The notes below the pieces were generated by a model, which ran no database searches, was not told the origin of the DNA, and saw only the letters and a program-made list of their open reading frames with translations. Both the position numbers and the translations under genes were made by a program. From NCBI RefSeq assembly GCF_009834535.1, contig NC_045698.1:7008001-7072000 (forward strand): a stretch of 64,000 nt of DNA. Direction: 5' to 3'. Position 1 is the stretch's first letter. The number at the start of each line of letters is the position of its first letter. Below, one piece after another: positions 13,297-26,859 of this stretch. The stretch comes from Camelus ferus. Taxonomy: Eukaryota.

Positions 13297-13760
13297 CTGC
13301 TCATCTCAATTACTCGTGCAACAGGAGACAGTCAGAATGTGGGTAATAAAAAAGCCAACAATCCACAAATGCAAATGGTTCAAAGTCTTCCCACAAGATC
13401 CTTCACGAAAAGGACTGACAAGTGTTTCATGTGCAAGGAAGACAGATTCAGAAGCTGCTGGGAGGACTGGGTAGGACCCAGTCTCCCACGAGAGCAGCAC
13501 TGGACACTTAGTCCTGGGCTCTGCCAGGTACACAGAGGTCTCCTGGGAACTGGCTCCAGCCGTTCCTGAGAGACTGATACCTAAATAAAAATGACGACTT
13601 CTTAATTCACAACAAGAGAATTCCTTACTCACCATGACACTTACTTCTTCTGGTCAGCAAATTCCAGCATCAACAGGAAAGCCACTTTACAGGGGGAACA
13701 GAGGTATCTGTTTTGCCCAGATCACATAATTAGCTCGAAGTAATGGATGAGTACAGATGT
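13297..13760 (-). pseudogene. GREB1-like pseudogene block F (CxxC and start of TAGT domain)
   Basis: RYLCSPCK (cf. YHHCEQCH); GPTQSSQQLLNLSSLHMKHLSVLFVKD vs recalled TPTTGRHEHGLFNLYHAMDGASHLHVLVVKE; frameshifted EDFEPF and LW..THILTV; donor cag|gtaact at 13296. Confidence 0.68.
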
Positions 13761-13829
13761 AAGAAGCCTTGTGTACGTAGTCATTCACACTCTTAAATAT
13801 TTATGAATAATTGTCTCCATTCGAACCTA

Positions 13830-14870
13830 GGGGTTCCCCTGCTCCTTCATTCTCAACCCCTGCAACCCTCTCTCCCCTCCAAAATCATTCCACCTCAAAA
13901 GAAACTTCTTCTTGCTCTTTATTGCTAAATCCTTGGATGATTTTCTACTATTTTTCTGGACCTCCTATACATTTGATCCTTTCTTGCTTTTTGAAACTCT
14001 CCCTTCTTCCATTTGATCACATCACAATTAACTGACTCTCTTCCTACATCTCTGACTGTACTTTTTTGGTCTCTGCCATGGATGTTATTCATCTAGTTGC
14101 CTCCTAAAGACTACTATTCCTTGAATTTCTTCCAGCCCATTTCTAACAACACATACATTTGTCCATCACTTATACTCTGATGACTCCCGAATCTACATCA
14201 AGAACCAGCCCTCTCCCCAGTGCTTTCAGCCCAGTATAGCACATCCAGCTTTTGACAAGGAAACCCAATATTCCTTCCCCTCATCTTTTAGAGAGAACCA
14301 TTTCCGTGGCCCCTCCTGCAGCCCCTTCTCAGCCATATCCCTGCATCCTGAGAAAAGAAGCACCTATTCTGTTGGCCACAGAATATAGACCACATCAGCT
14401 CATAGGTACCTGAGAATTTGCACTGCCTATAGAAGAAGCCAGGAACTCCTTAACATAGGATGCAAGACCCTTCACAAACTGACCCTAGTTTGTCTTTCCA
14501 GACTTAACTTCATTCTCTCTCTGTCTTCTAATCTTGTAGCAGGTAATCTGTTCCTTCTCAGATATTTCCAGGGCTTTGCTCATATTCTTTCCATGTTTAG
14601 AATATCTTTCTCTGTTAATCTACCTTAGCAAGACCTTACTCATCTTCCTAATATTACACACACACACACACACACACACAGACTTCTTCCCTTTAGCTTT
14701 CACTGAACCTTAGCCAAGTAGAATTCCACCATATGCTGTGTTTTCAAGGTATTTATAAATTCCACCAGTACAGTGTCTATACTGTGTCATGATCGTTTGT
14801 TTTTGAACCTGCTTCCCCATCATTCCATTACTCATTGAGGGGACCATGGCTCTCTCATTTCTGAAGTTCC
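13830..14870 (-). mobile_element. L2 fragments, with (CA)n at ~14656-14681
   Basis: CT-rich degenerate L2 motifs (tgatgactcccgaatctacatc; gcaagacccttcacaaactgaccc). Confidence 0.55.
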
Positions 14871-15049
14871 TTGATCCTGCTACAATCATCAAGATAGTAA
14901 TTCATGAGTGTTCCTCCTCAAAATTAAACTATTCTGGGGAGGAAGTATGTGCAACACATATAAAATTAGGAGAAAAATCAGCTTTGTTAAGAAATACAAA
15001 ACAGTATTCACACATAGAATCAGCATACTAGTCACCCTCTTTAGGATTT

Positions 15050-16097
15050 AGGACTTTTGAACATGAAACTGTCCGGGAGGTATCATGGAGAACAGCACAT
15101 CCAAGGTCGGAACATACACCCTGAAACTCCTGATGCACAGCCTTGCCGACTACAGATTCAGGTGACCTCTTCTTCATTTAGCTTCGTGAAAGTAAAAATT
15201 GACCTTTCACCTTCTGACAAGATTTTTGTTAAGATCAACACAGCCTGTGAAATCAAGGTCTGGATATTTGTATATGAAGGTGCCCTGTCTGAAACTGGAC
15301 TCTAAATCTCTGGATCTGCAGAGCTGTCTCTTGATGCACCCTCTCAGCTCCACGGATGTAAAGTGAGTTCCTGCGCATTGTTCCAGGAGAAAACTGCGAG
15401 GTGACCCAATACAAAAGCAACCATATAGGACTGTGTTTGAACTGTGCTCTTGGGGGGGCAGAGGGGGAAGATGAAAGAAGTGACTCTTGGCTGGCTGTGA
15501 ATAAGCTAAGGCTCACTGGGGATTTAAGTTCATCTTTCTCAGTAACTCACTGGGCTGCAAACTTGAGGCTTGGAGCTTCAGGAAAGTCTCAAAGACGTAG
15601 ATCTTCCCCTCCTGCTGCAGTCCGGACTAGAAAAAGAAGTACGCTTGGCCCAGCAAGACTAAAGCTGCTGTTAACATGCACGCTGGTGTTATCTGCGTGG
15701 ACTCTCCTGGACCCTGGAGAGTATCTTGATGTTGAATCATCATCTTCTGACATGATCATCCTGGGAGCCCCTGGGGTGAGAGGTGAGCACTTTGGCCTGG
15801 AGTGAGTATGTATTCCCAGAATCCATCCGCCTGGGAAGAGGTGCCCGTGGGAACACAGAACACAGACTTTGGAGATGGATCGTAGTCTGCGATAAAGGGG
15901 ATCGTTGTCTTCTCTTTGACTTTGTAATGGTTGGACGTCAAATGTGTGGCTATAATGGGTAAAGGGAGTGGCTCCTTCTGAAAACCATGCCTCGTAACAG
16001 TCGTAAACTATTCTTGCCATCGTACTTCCTTCTGTCGCCCACAGACATGCAGCAGAACCTTAGTGATGCAGCCTGACTCTGACTGTGCTGTGGACTC
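15050..16097 (-). pseudogene. GREB1-like pseudogene block E (permuted Walker A)
   Basis: Acceptor cctttccttcag at ~16098. SGLQQEGKIYVFETFLKL (15573-15626) aligns without gaps to recalled GREB1 SGPPQIGKTGAYLQFLSVL. Confidence 0.65.
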
Positions 16098-17491
16098 TGA
16101 AGGAAAGGACTGTTTATGTTAGAGACAGAAAAGCAAAGGGGGCCAGGATGTCCCTTCCTATGGCCAGAGTAGTGGCCCTTTAGCCTTCACCAAAAGAGGG
16201 AGGCTGTGTCCAACAGTGGGGACTCCCCATGAGGGCCAATGACAGCAGGGGCTGTGGGGTGGTGACAAGAAGATGAGACTGGAGGTGAAGGTCATGAGAG
16301 AGCTGAACACATAAAGCCCAAATACACAGAAATCCCTCCAAATACCTAAGGCATCATTTAAGGGGTCAGGGATCTGCAGGGGGAAGTTTGAAGTCACGTC
16401 ACTTAGAGAATTAAAGAAAAAGTGATTTCAGTTGGCACCTGCAGGCTGATAAGGGACGGGCACCTAGTGACCATTTGGAAGCAGCTCTTTTTTATGAAGA
16501 TGCGTCACAGTACTTTTCCCTCATTAAGACGAGCTCCAAAAACCAGGCTGCAGAATGTAATCATCATTTCTTAGTTCCAAGTTTTTGTGGTTGTGAAATA
16601 CATTCTTATTCTCAGAAGCAGACTGAGAAGTGAGGTACGCACTGAACAGGTGCCAGTGGTAGAGATCATCACTCTCCTCTTGGGTTTGCTAATCTTGCCC
16701 ATTTATGAATTAAAAGACGTGAATGTGTGTGTGTGTTTACGGTTAATATTGAAAGGTACTAAAGGCAAAATATACTACGTAAACTTTTTTGGCAGTTTCA
16801 TATAACCAGGGAAAAATAACTTCTTTAAAATTTTTAAAGTCTTAAATTCAATTGACAAAAATTAATGAGCAAGGGGAAGAAGGAGCATAAACACTTGGAA
16901 TTATTACCCAGAACATCTCGTACTTCTCAATTTGTGCAGGAAGACCAGCTCTTTTGGAACAACTCATTAAAGTTGAGAACTGGACTTTTGGCCCATAATT
17001 ATTTCTGGAAGACAATCCTAGATGTCACTGACTAATTGGGCTAATTGGAAGAGAAAAATTAGCACGAAATGTTCCTTCAACATATACATTAATTTACTTT
17101 CATTTTCAGCTAAGACTTTTCTAATTGTATTGATTTGTAGCTCCAAACAAATGAAAAATCCTAAGGGAAAAACATTTATAAAGGGCAATTCTAAGAGGAA
17201 GTAAAGATAAAGGAGGAGAAGGAGGTCAAAAGTGCCATAAAACCTAAAATATTATTCTTCTGACAACCTGCTTTAAGATATTAAGATCACTTAAAATTCA
17301 CTAAAAATATCATCTTGAACACTCTTAGGAACTGAGAACTGCATGTCCCAAATAATTGTCAACATGACAGAGAGCTTTTGCTCAGGCTGTAAGGCAGTTC
17401 CCAGCTGACAAATGGGTTGTGCTCAAAAAGTTCTCTTGAAGTTAATTGTTCAGAACTCAGGCCAGCTCAAAAGAAAAGTAACCCTAAATGC

Positions 17492-17908
17492 TCCTGTTTT
17501 AGTTTTCTCGGACTTCCATACAAAGGACCCCACACTGGGTGGCTTGAACACAGAAATGTATTGTCTCACAAGCTGGAGGCTGGAAGTCCAAGATGGCAGT
17601 GTTGGCAGGGCTGGTTCCTGCCGGGGGCTGTGGCGGAGCCTCTCTCCTTGTTTCCTGGGAGTTTGTTGGTCATCTTTGGCATTCCGTCTCTGCCTTCATC
17701 TTCACACTGTGTCTTCCCTGGTTGTATGTCTGTGTCCAAATTTCCCTTTTTATGGGACCGCAGTCACCCTGCATGAGGGACCTACCTTGTTCTAGTATGA
17801 CCTCCACTTAGCCTGTTGTATCTGCAATGACCTTCTCTCCAAATAAGAGCACTTTCTGAGGTGATGGTTCAATATATGAATGGGGGAGGGGCACAATTCA
17901 GCCCACAA
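17492..17908 (-). mobile_element. MLT1 LTR
   Basis: cacactgggtggcttgaacacagaaatgtattgtctcacaagctggaggctggaagtccaagat...cacaattcagcccacaac. Confidence 0.85.
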
Positions 17909-18189
17909 CCCTCCCAAAGTGCATTTGAGCAGCTGAGAGCCCTGCTTCTCTCAGAGGAGCTGTTCTGAGCTGGGGCTTCTCTGGGCTCACAGCTCTTCCA
18001 CACCTGGGATGGGAGGAGGAGGAGGAGGGCAGGGCTGAACCCTTGGCACCAGGAAACTATACATCTCCCAGGGTACCAGAACACAGTCCTGCAGAAGAGA
18101 GCGAGTTTCTTCTGAAAGCACCTGGCTCCACAGCAGAAGTTCTCCAACTTGAGATGCCCAGGATGCCCAAACTGGCCTGCAGGGACACA

Positions 18190-18320
18190 GATCACTGGAC
18201 CACAGCATCCCTTCCTGAGCCAGCAGGGCTGGTGCGGGGCCCTGGAAACTGCATCTCTCACAAGTGCTCAGGTGAGGCCCACGCTGCCGGTCCTGGGCCA
18301 CAGTTCAAGAACCACTGGCC
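18190..18320. mobile_element. MER5-like hAT-Charlie MITE
   Basis: ggggccctggaaactgcatctctcacaagtgctcaggtga...gggccacagttcaagaaccactg. Confidence 0.65.
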
Positions 18321-19081
18321 TGAAGGATACCTTATTGAAAAGATTTGCTTCTTGAGTAAAAGAAAGTATGTATAAAGGAGATAAAATTCGTCTCCTGGGG
18401 AAATACCTCTGCAGGAAGAGGGGCTGCAGTGGGTTAAGTGACAGTCTACCCAAAAATCATCCCACCACATGGTTGTATGTGTCTCAATAAATAAATCCAT
18501 GTGCAATCACCTACATCATAAATAATACTGTATAGATGGCAGAGATGTATTAATAACATTGTATTATGTGTGTATTCATGTAACATGTAACACCTTAACA
18601 TATTATATATTGCATATACTATATATGTAATAGAATATATAGTATATATGTGTATGACATAGCTATTAATATATTACAAATATTACATATTATAATATTA
18701 TGCTATCTCATAAATCACATATCTACATCTACATCTATTCATCTGTCTCACTTTGGAATACAGACCCAGTTGTTCTCAACATATCCCTTCGTCCACTGTC
18801 ATAAAGTTCTGTATAGGAGACCCTATCCAACTACTGCAGACAGAGGATCTGAGAGTGCCTGACAGATGCCACGTCGTGAGACTTACATCAGCCTGAGTGT
18901 GTGGTGTGACTCACTGCTCTGCACCACGAACAGGGGAGAGGCCCTGGGCTTCAGTGGCTATTTCTGAGTTGGAAGCTCCTACGTCCCCTTTGCGGGCATC
19001 CAGAGAAGTCAGTGGGTGGTCAGAAGAGACCTGCCCACACTGCCCAGCCTCCAAGGGGGTTTCTCCCACGTTTCATCACAC

Positions 19082-19630
19082 CTAGCTTTCCCCCTTGCTC
19101 CAGTTCAGGCAAGCCCCGGGGAGTAAGACGAGCCTGATGCCCTTCGCTGCCTCGGTGGAACTTCGTCTTCCCTGTCCATCCCCTCCAGGCACGTGGACAC
19201 ACACTGGATAAAGGGATGTCATAGCAAAGCTGGTCGGAGCAAATAGACAGCTGCCTGCTTTTCCCCCGCAGACATCCGACTTCCCTCTGCTTCCTTCGTG
19301 GCCCTCCAGCCGGCATAACCAGGCTGGTTTGAAAGCCCCACTGCCACCACTGGGTCTAAACCAATTTCCAAAGAAATGGAGGAGAACAAGATCAAAGACC
19401 ACTGTGTCAATACAAACTACGTCATGTCCAGGTCGACTCCCTAAGTGAAGAATTTTACTGTACAGCACAGGGAACTATATTCAATGTCTTGTAATAACCT
19501 ACAATAGAAAATAATCTGAAGTATACATGCATAGCTGAAAATAGAGAGACAAATTTCAACAGAATGATTTTTTTCCTCTCCATCTCTATGACTGAAGTCT
19601 AATAGCACATCACTTTTCCAAGTAATTAAA
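19082..19630 (-). pseudogene. GREB1-like pseudogene block D (helicase motifs V-VI region), split by a short L1 fragment
   Basis: IEMERKKIILLKFV, then the L1 fragment, then GSRPGHDVVCIDTVVFDLVLL...AFKPAWLCRL...AVYLLRPALL. This matches the family pattern ILIL..KGRxG..FP...DLR...QELGRxCR. Confidence 0.5.
19456..19540 (+). mobile_element. Short L1 3'-UTR fragment
   Basis: tactgtacagcacagggaactatattcaatgtcttgtaataacct; the same motif occurs in other L1 3' ends in this window. Confidence 0.75.
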
Positions 19631-20899
19631 AATGATGGCCCAGGATGCAAATGACCTAAAGTCTTAATAATAGAGAGGATGTTTGTGTCTCTTGTTTAGT
19701 AAATACTCTCAGAGTTTCTGGCACTGAAGAAACTCAATCCACTCAAACCAGCATAAAGCACTTATGTGATAAACCTACTGTACCATTTCCCCTTGGAAAT
19801 ATTTATAATCTACTGTATCAGGGATGGAGAGTTTCTATTAAAAATATATCAACACTCTCATAAAGACCATTTTCCCCTTACAATTTATCCCGAGTAATAA
19901 CATTCCAAGCCACAAACTTGTTGACAATCAATTTTTGCTTCTCCATGCAATTCGACTGAAGAGTATCTGTTTCTTAACAACAGAATGGCTCAAACACAAA
20001 ACAACATTCACCTGGCAGGGGCGGTGACACTGTCAACCCCGAGATGCTTCCTCTTCTGTGCTGGCATGTCCACGTATCAGCCATCGGCCCTAGAGGCCTG
20101 CTGTTCTGTCGCGATTTCAGATCCCAAATGAATTTAACTGACTCCGAGCATGAGTAATATAAATACTGAACCTCAGCTAAATCATGAGCAGTGTCTCGTG
20201 AGTACAGATGTGTAAAAGAGTCACTGATGCTGATTAGGGGACACTCTTGACCTCACTTCTCATCAGAGAAAATACTGAAGGCAGGAAACAGTGAGTTTGG
20301 TGGCTTGAGTAAATGAAGGCAGTGGTTGGGTACCTGCAGCTGTCTCCTGCTTCTTCTGGAAGGTGGCTGGGGTGGACTGTTGTAATTATGGGTTTTATCC
20401 TCTCACTTTGCCTTCCCTCCATTTTATCCAGTAACAGAAGCCCTTCCAACAGATGAACCTCTTCCCCCACCCTAGGAGAGGGAACATGACTCGGGTTTGG
20501 TGCACCAGAGAAACCCAAGCCCCTGGGCAGAGCTATTACTTCAGGGACTGACACTCATGGGAGCTGGACGGGCAGCCCCTCTCCCCACAGCGATCTTGTT
20601 GGAATCATCAGAAAAGAGACACTCTCTGTGGACTTCTAGCTTCATCACTGGGAAGACCTAAGCCCAGGTGTGCTGGCAGCCACCTTTGCCACCACGTGGA
20701 GAATCTGCTTGAGAATGAAGCAACTCAGGGCAGCAGATTCAAAAGGTAGACAGGCCACATTGTGATGTCACTGCATGTGCTCCTCAAGCCTAGGCAACCC
20801 TGGACTTCCCTGACACGGGAAATATATGTTACATTAAATTCAGTTTCTGTCCCTTATAACTAAAACTACCCTCACACAGCTGCTGAGAGGGCAGAAACA

Positions 20900-21410
20900 T
20901 CACCTACATCTAGGCTAAAAGAAAACCCTTGTTTCTTCTTCTTACAAAACTCTGACACCCAATGTGTGGCTTCCATTTCCATTTCCATTTCCATTTCCAT
21001 TTCCATTCTATCTGGGCACTATGTATCCAGAGTCAGACAGATTCATGGGTTAAGGGCTCAGTCCCACAAGCCTGCCCCTCACTGCAGACGCCAGTTGCGA
21101 GTCTGGCCTCTTGCGAGTCTGGTACTTTTGACCAACTAACTGCCTATAAGTGAAGAGTTCCCATCCCCCTTCTTGGGCTCAATAATTTGCTAGAACAGCT
21201 TGCAGAACTCAGAAAAACACTTTACTCACTATTATTGGGTTTACTATAATGGCTACAACTCAGGAACAGCCAAATGGAAGAGAGGCACAGGGCAGGGTGT
21301 GACAGGCAGGTGAGGAAAGAGACTTTCATTACAACCTCCCACACCTCGATGTGTTCACCAACCCAGAAACTCCCTTTACCCTGTTGTTGGGGGTTTTGTG
21401 GAGAATTTAC
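20900..21410. mobile_element. MER21-like LTR fragment containing (TTCCAT)n at 20971-21007
   Basis: ctctgacacccaatgtgtgg; ggttaagggctcagtcccacaag; aataatttgctagaacagcttgcagaactcag. Confidence 0.7.
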
Positions 21411-24049
21411 CTATGATCCAGCAATCCCACTCCTGGTATTTGCACACTTCATTTAATGAAATGCTCTTGTAGAGTCAAGACATTTTGATAGAATGTCTGT
21501 AGTTAAACAATCTGATATGTGACTCATCTGACACTCCTTACATTTTACCTCTTTTCAAGTTAGCAGGTGATCTTTTTCCTACATACTTCTTTTTTCTGGC
21601 CCTAAATAATTCCTTTTCTTTCTGCGTGGCCTCAGATCGCATATTTGAGACTCAATCTTCTCACTCTAAATAGTTAAGCTTAATTCCTGGGTCTCATGGA
21701 ACTCATACAGAGCATCTAAAATACATGGCAGGTAGGAGTTAACTCTCTCTGGGCAATATTAAAGGGACATAATGAACGACAATTAACTGGAACTAATGCT
21801 TGATTGAAAAATTGAGGTGATAAACAGGGATAAAGCAAGAACATAGCCCAGAAGTCCATGCCAACAGAAACCTAAAATTATTGACAAAATAGAAAATTTT
21901 AAATATTTTTAATCAATACTGACTTAAGCATATGAATAAATGTTTGACTAATGCATCTTACCACTTATAATTCAGTTTCAAACTGCCATGAGATGTCATA
22001 AGACCATCTGAGAGGAAATTGGGGGAAGAAAGCCTAGATCACAAAAAAAAAAAATCATCACTTTTATGGCATTTGTACTGGAATTATTTCTAGAATAATG
22101 CGGTTTCACAGCTATAATTCAAACTAAGTTTTAGTCTATTGGTTTAACTGCAGCATATCTAAAATTTAGAAGTTTTTATAGCCCTTAATCCCCCATAATG
22201 GTGGCTAAAACCTTAGAGAAAATTCAATTATAGTAGAAGAGAGTTTTGTTCTTTTTTTTCTTCTTCTTCTTAAAAATGGACTTCATTTGGAGACCTGCTA
22301 AATATATAGCAGTTCCAAATTTTCCAACCCAATGTGTATAAAAATGGAGTGGATTACCAATCCAGAAATGCTGTAGAGGGACACAAAGATTATTAAATGT
22401 GGCATAGGAACATTAAAAGAGAATTTAATTGTCTAAGAGAGGGATTCTTGCTCAGGTAAAATCTATCTGGCTAAGGTTTAAATATATCTCATAACGAAAT
22501 AATTGCACAAATTTCTTTAAGTACACATGGCATCAGAAAGAATCCAGAAAGGGCCCAGTGATGCTGAGGGCTACAGGTCTCACCTTTTACCTTAAAGAAA
22601 CCAGAAAAGGGAAGAGGAGCTAAGCCTGCAGGATGCTGGCACATCATCTACCAAGGACAGCTCCGCACCTGGCAGCGGGCTGCTCAGTGGTTTGGCGCTT
22701 TCTTGTCTTCCGCTCCACACCCACCTACTTAACTAGGGCTATCCTTCAAGCTATAACTTTCTCTTGGAGAGGAGCAGGGTAAGAAAAGCTGAGAGGTGAG
22801 GTGAGGGATGGAGTTCTGATTCCTCAGAAGGGATCACACAATTATTTAGAGATGAAGTTTAGAAATTATTTCATCCAAATCATTCGGTTTGGTTAAAGAA
22901 AATGAGGTCCAAAGAAATCAAGTGGCTTGCCCAAGATTAGAAAGGTAAGTCACAGTGGAGCCACCAAGAACCCAGCCTCCAGACTCCGAGTCTCTGGCAG
23001 CTTCTCCTGCACCAGAGCCCCGCACACCCTTCTCCCCTGGGATGGGCATCCTCTCATCACGACCTTCTCCTCCAGGCAGTAGATGTCTTTGGCTGGCTGA
23101 ACTGACAGAAGTCACAAAAGGACCCGGTCATGATATCTGAAGGTTATGACAATGAGCTCTCAGGCTGGATTTGCACTGAGCTGTGGAATAAATCTTTATC
23201 TGTAGGATTCCACTGAAAGCAAGTTCAAGTGTGTCACGTTTATGAATGTCTGCCTGGGAGCCTCTGCACGCAGTGCTTTATCAGCATACATGCTTATGCA
23301 TCACCCCTGGTTTGCCAGCTGGAGTGTAGAGAAGAACCCAGGGCTGCAGCAGCCCCGCAGGTAGTCTCAGTCGCTGTGAGGCCCCCAGGCAATGACCTAT
23401 AGCCTCCAACTACAATTTTGTCGTTCCTACAGTGGGACAGCAATAATTGGATGATTTTTCAAAACCAAATATTTAAGGAAGAGTATAGCAAATATGAAGT
23501 ATACAACAGATTTGTTTACCCCATTAACAAAGCCAACTTTCCCTTTTGGAGTTGGGATTGCTGGGCTGGGGGTGGGGAATTGCACATTTATGCATACTAG
23601 CAGTGTGCCAAGAGCCTTGACTTATTTCAAAACCATGAAGATTCCATTACTCTAAGCAAATTTTAGAGATTTTCTTTAAGAGAATCATTTGTTTGTGGTT
23701 CTATTGAGTGATGCTTTACCTCCTTTGTGTGTGTGTGTGTGTGTGTGTTTCAGTCTCATCCTCATGATTTATTTTTATTAGCTTAGTTTCATATGTATTC
23801 AAAGAGACTTGCCAAGTAAGTCAAATCTACTTTTATTTTTAAAGATGATATATTTTTCAGAATTGAATAATGTAATTTTAAGTAAATTTTTAAAATGTAC
23901 ACTAGAAATTGTATTAACAGTTTAAAGGGGAGAGTAATTGTAACAGGAATTTGTTTGCATTCTATTTAAACCACGTATGTGAAATGAATTATATCCCACC
24001 AACCAGCACCCGCAGAATGCTATGGGATGGAGCAGGAGGGAAGAGCTAC

Positions 24050-24920
24050 CTGTGGTCCCGTGAGATTTCTCCTGGTTTTCTCATGATCCCCAAATCGCGC
24101 CAGTTTCCTTTCAAACTCTGAGAACTGCCTGGTGATCAGGTGTGATCTTGGCTGCCACCAGAAGCAATCTGGCTGTCATTCCCACTGTGTTCACTCACAA
24201 CCACAGAAGAGGGACCATGCTTTCTTCAATCCCAAACAGCATGCTTTCTCCTTAGAAAATTTTGTCCATGACAGGTCAGTACCTCAGCCCCTCCTATTTT
24301 TATATCCTTGGTTAACACTGATTCCTAGTTACTGGGATCAGGGAACAGAGGAGTTAACTTTATCAAATTACTAGTTTAAAAAAATGTATGGGAATCTGGC
24401 AATACCAGTGAATCAACCTAGGAGGATAGAATTGCATAAAGACGATATTAGGCATCTGACTTGGTCTTCTGTTTTTGACTCCTAATCAGAGAAGGCTAAA
24501 ATTCTTCTGCTGGACACAGCACATGGTGAACTGGATTAATGGCTCAAGCTACATGTTTCTATCAAGCACCTTCTGAGTGCTATAACTTCTCCGAAGGCCT
24601 GATCTAAAATGATTAAGAAGAGTACGTGTCATCCTCAAGGCAGCATCGAGGTCTGCTAAATATTTGTTCAGAAGATTTCCAAAATATTCTGGATAGAATC
24701 TGTCCCTTTCATGATGAAAGCCTGTGACTTTAGGAGCCTTTTCTAGCAAAAACGCTTCCTCATTCTTAAGCGGCTGCCACCGCCCCAGGCCTTTCTCTCA
24801 TCTTCCCTGTCGGAGGATTGAGGAGGAAATAACCACTTTTACATACTTGAGGAAAACAGTTCTGAGAATGAGTTGACTGGGACAAGCTGTAATTCCCTAC
24901 CATTACTAAAGAGTTGCTAA
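24050..24920 (-). pseudogene. GREB1-like pseudogene block C
   Basis: ORF 24549-24749 contains YPEYFGNLLNKY (cf. GREB1 YFGL). Downstream LWL*VNTVGMTARLL and FERKLARFG resemble the family IRV...A / FEI..D segment. Donor-like acag|gtagct at ~24050. Confidence 0.5.
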
Positions 24921-25825
24921 GCAAATATTACAAAGCCAACAGAAAGGGGGAAACGTCCATTTCACTTCCAACAAAGGAAAACTGAAAGTTAGCTCCTTGG
25001 ATACGAGAAATAAAGGGAAGAGGGCGAGTTATCATCTCCGTGTTTGTTTTCTAAATAGAGCTGAGTCTTGTTTGCCTTTTTTGGTCTGGTTCAGTTTTGC
25101 TTTTGCTTCAGATGAGAAAAAATGGGAGATCTGGTCAAGAAGAAAGGAATGGAACCCACCAGTCCTGCTCTCCTGACAACCCTCCCAGCAGCTGCAGAGG
25201 CTTAAGGCATCCTTACAGGTGGGCAGGGAGCCGTGGTGGCCTGAAACTCACGCAAAACCAGAGCAGAGAAGCCCCCCTGGTTTCATAGTGAGGAAAAGGA
25301 GCTCAGAGCTCTCTCTGAACGCTAGTACAAGATTAAAGGGCTCTGACAGGACACTGAGATCCTTCATGTCCTGGGAAAGACCCAGAGAAGTAAGAGATCT
25401 GGCCTCTAACTGGAGGAATCTATCATCTCCTCTGGAACACAGTTATTCCCCCCGGAAAAGTAAGGCAAAGACAAAGGTAGAATATACCAAGTTTGCCATG
25501 AGTGGCTCTGGGCACAAGTAGTGTAAGACGCCTGTCTCCCTCGTGTCTTTTGCTGCAGTTCAGGTTCCCTAAATTTTTATCCCCATCTTGACCCACTGGA
25601 CTCTTGATTTGTGTATTTAACTGCTTATTTGATGTCTCTACTTGTATATCAATAGAAATATCAAACTTTTCTCCCTGGACCAATTCCTCTCAACCCAGTC
25701 CTTCCAGTCTTAGCAGTGATCCTTTCCTTTACCTCGTATCTCAGGTCAAAAGCCTGAGAATCATCTCTGATGTCTTCATTTTTTTTCTCACGCCCCACCT
25801 CCAGTCCATCAGACCCTCCTGGGCC

Positions 25826-26436
25826 TGTAACAGAGGAAGAGCAGAACTAACACTATGTTGGAACTGCCTCCCTCATTCTTTAGCTTAAATACTTTTATCA
25901 CTCTAGCCTGGCACAGAAAGAACTAAATATTAGAGAAATGTTGCTTGTCCCCGAATAGCTCATTAAGTTCCTTGAAGAAAGTTTCCATCCCATGGTCCCA
26001 AGCTAGTTATGGCTAGTACTTGGTATAGATAAGTTTGCTTTCAGCCCAGAAACCTTGTTAATAGGCAGAAATAAGAATGGTAGAGTAAAAATAACTGCTA
26101 ACAATTTGAAGTTTTTGCAGGAGTCTTGTGAGCCGGCACCACGTGAGAAAGCAGAAGAACAAAGAATAGTTATTCATCCCCTGAAGGCCAGATGACTCCG
26201 AGAAGTCTGCACTCAGCTTTGTCCTTTAATCTTGAACCTTACTGCCTCCCCTTTCTCTTAACATAAAAGAAGTCTCAGTTTTATTCCACATTAAGATGGT
26301 TCTTTAGGACATCAGTCCACCATCTTCTTGGTTTGCTGGCTTTGCAAATAAAGTAGCTATTCCTTGCCCCAGTCACTCATCTTTCGATTTATTGGCTAGT
26401 CGTGCGGCAAGCGGTATGAACTTGGACTCATTAACA
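25826..26436 (+). mobile_element. ERV1-class solo LTR inserted into an L2 (L2 at ~25560-25825 and ~26437-26850)
   Basis: tgtaacag...aataaagtagctattccttgcc...gtcgtgcggcaagcggtatgaacttggactcattaaca. Confidence 0.75.
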
Positions 26437-26859
26437 TCTCTACCTCCAAAGCTTAACCCAAATCCATCCATCTCTTGCCATGGCCACATCACCACCATCT
26501 CTGGCCTTCATGACAGCAGTCGTCTCCTTTGCTCATTCCTGTCCCTCTATGGTCCATAATGTAGCCAGAGATTATTTCCCATCCCCTCTCGGGGTCTTTG
26601 TAGGAATATTTCCCAGCCAAGAATGCACTTCTCCCAAACCTGCTCCTGCTGGCACTACTCTCATCCTTCAGTGGCCCTCAACTCACAGTGGTCCATCCTG
26701 ATCTCCTGATCTGAGGAGCCCTCAGTCATTCTCTGTCCCTCCACCCAGTTTTAAAAATAGAAGAATTTTATTACAAATGGCTATGTTATTGTTTATGCAT
26801 TGATTACCTGGCTTCCCCTTAATGATTAAGCTCTAGAGAGGAGAAACTGGGTCCTTTTT

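Noticed and set aside
13581..13632. Apparent GT-AG intron (gtgagt...tttag)
   Set aside because: Only 52 nt, short for a mammalian intron, so treated as continuous decayed sequence. The 33-nt candidate at ~31306-31338 was rejected for the same reason.
15589..16020. 143-aa ORF (and the 156-aa ORF at 31431-31901) as intact small genes
   Set aside because: They are open stretches within a frameshifted fossil; the conserved motifs switch frames and are bounded by stops.
15250..16050. Resemblance to CABIT-domain proteins (THEMIS/GAREM), e.g. IIATHLTSNHYKVKEKTTIP and LVLLGQA
   Set aside because: Only scattered short matches in one block. The same block carries a better gap-free match to the GREB1 Walker A, and the other blocks fit GREB1, not CABIT.
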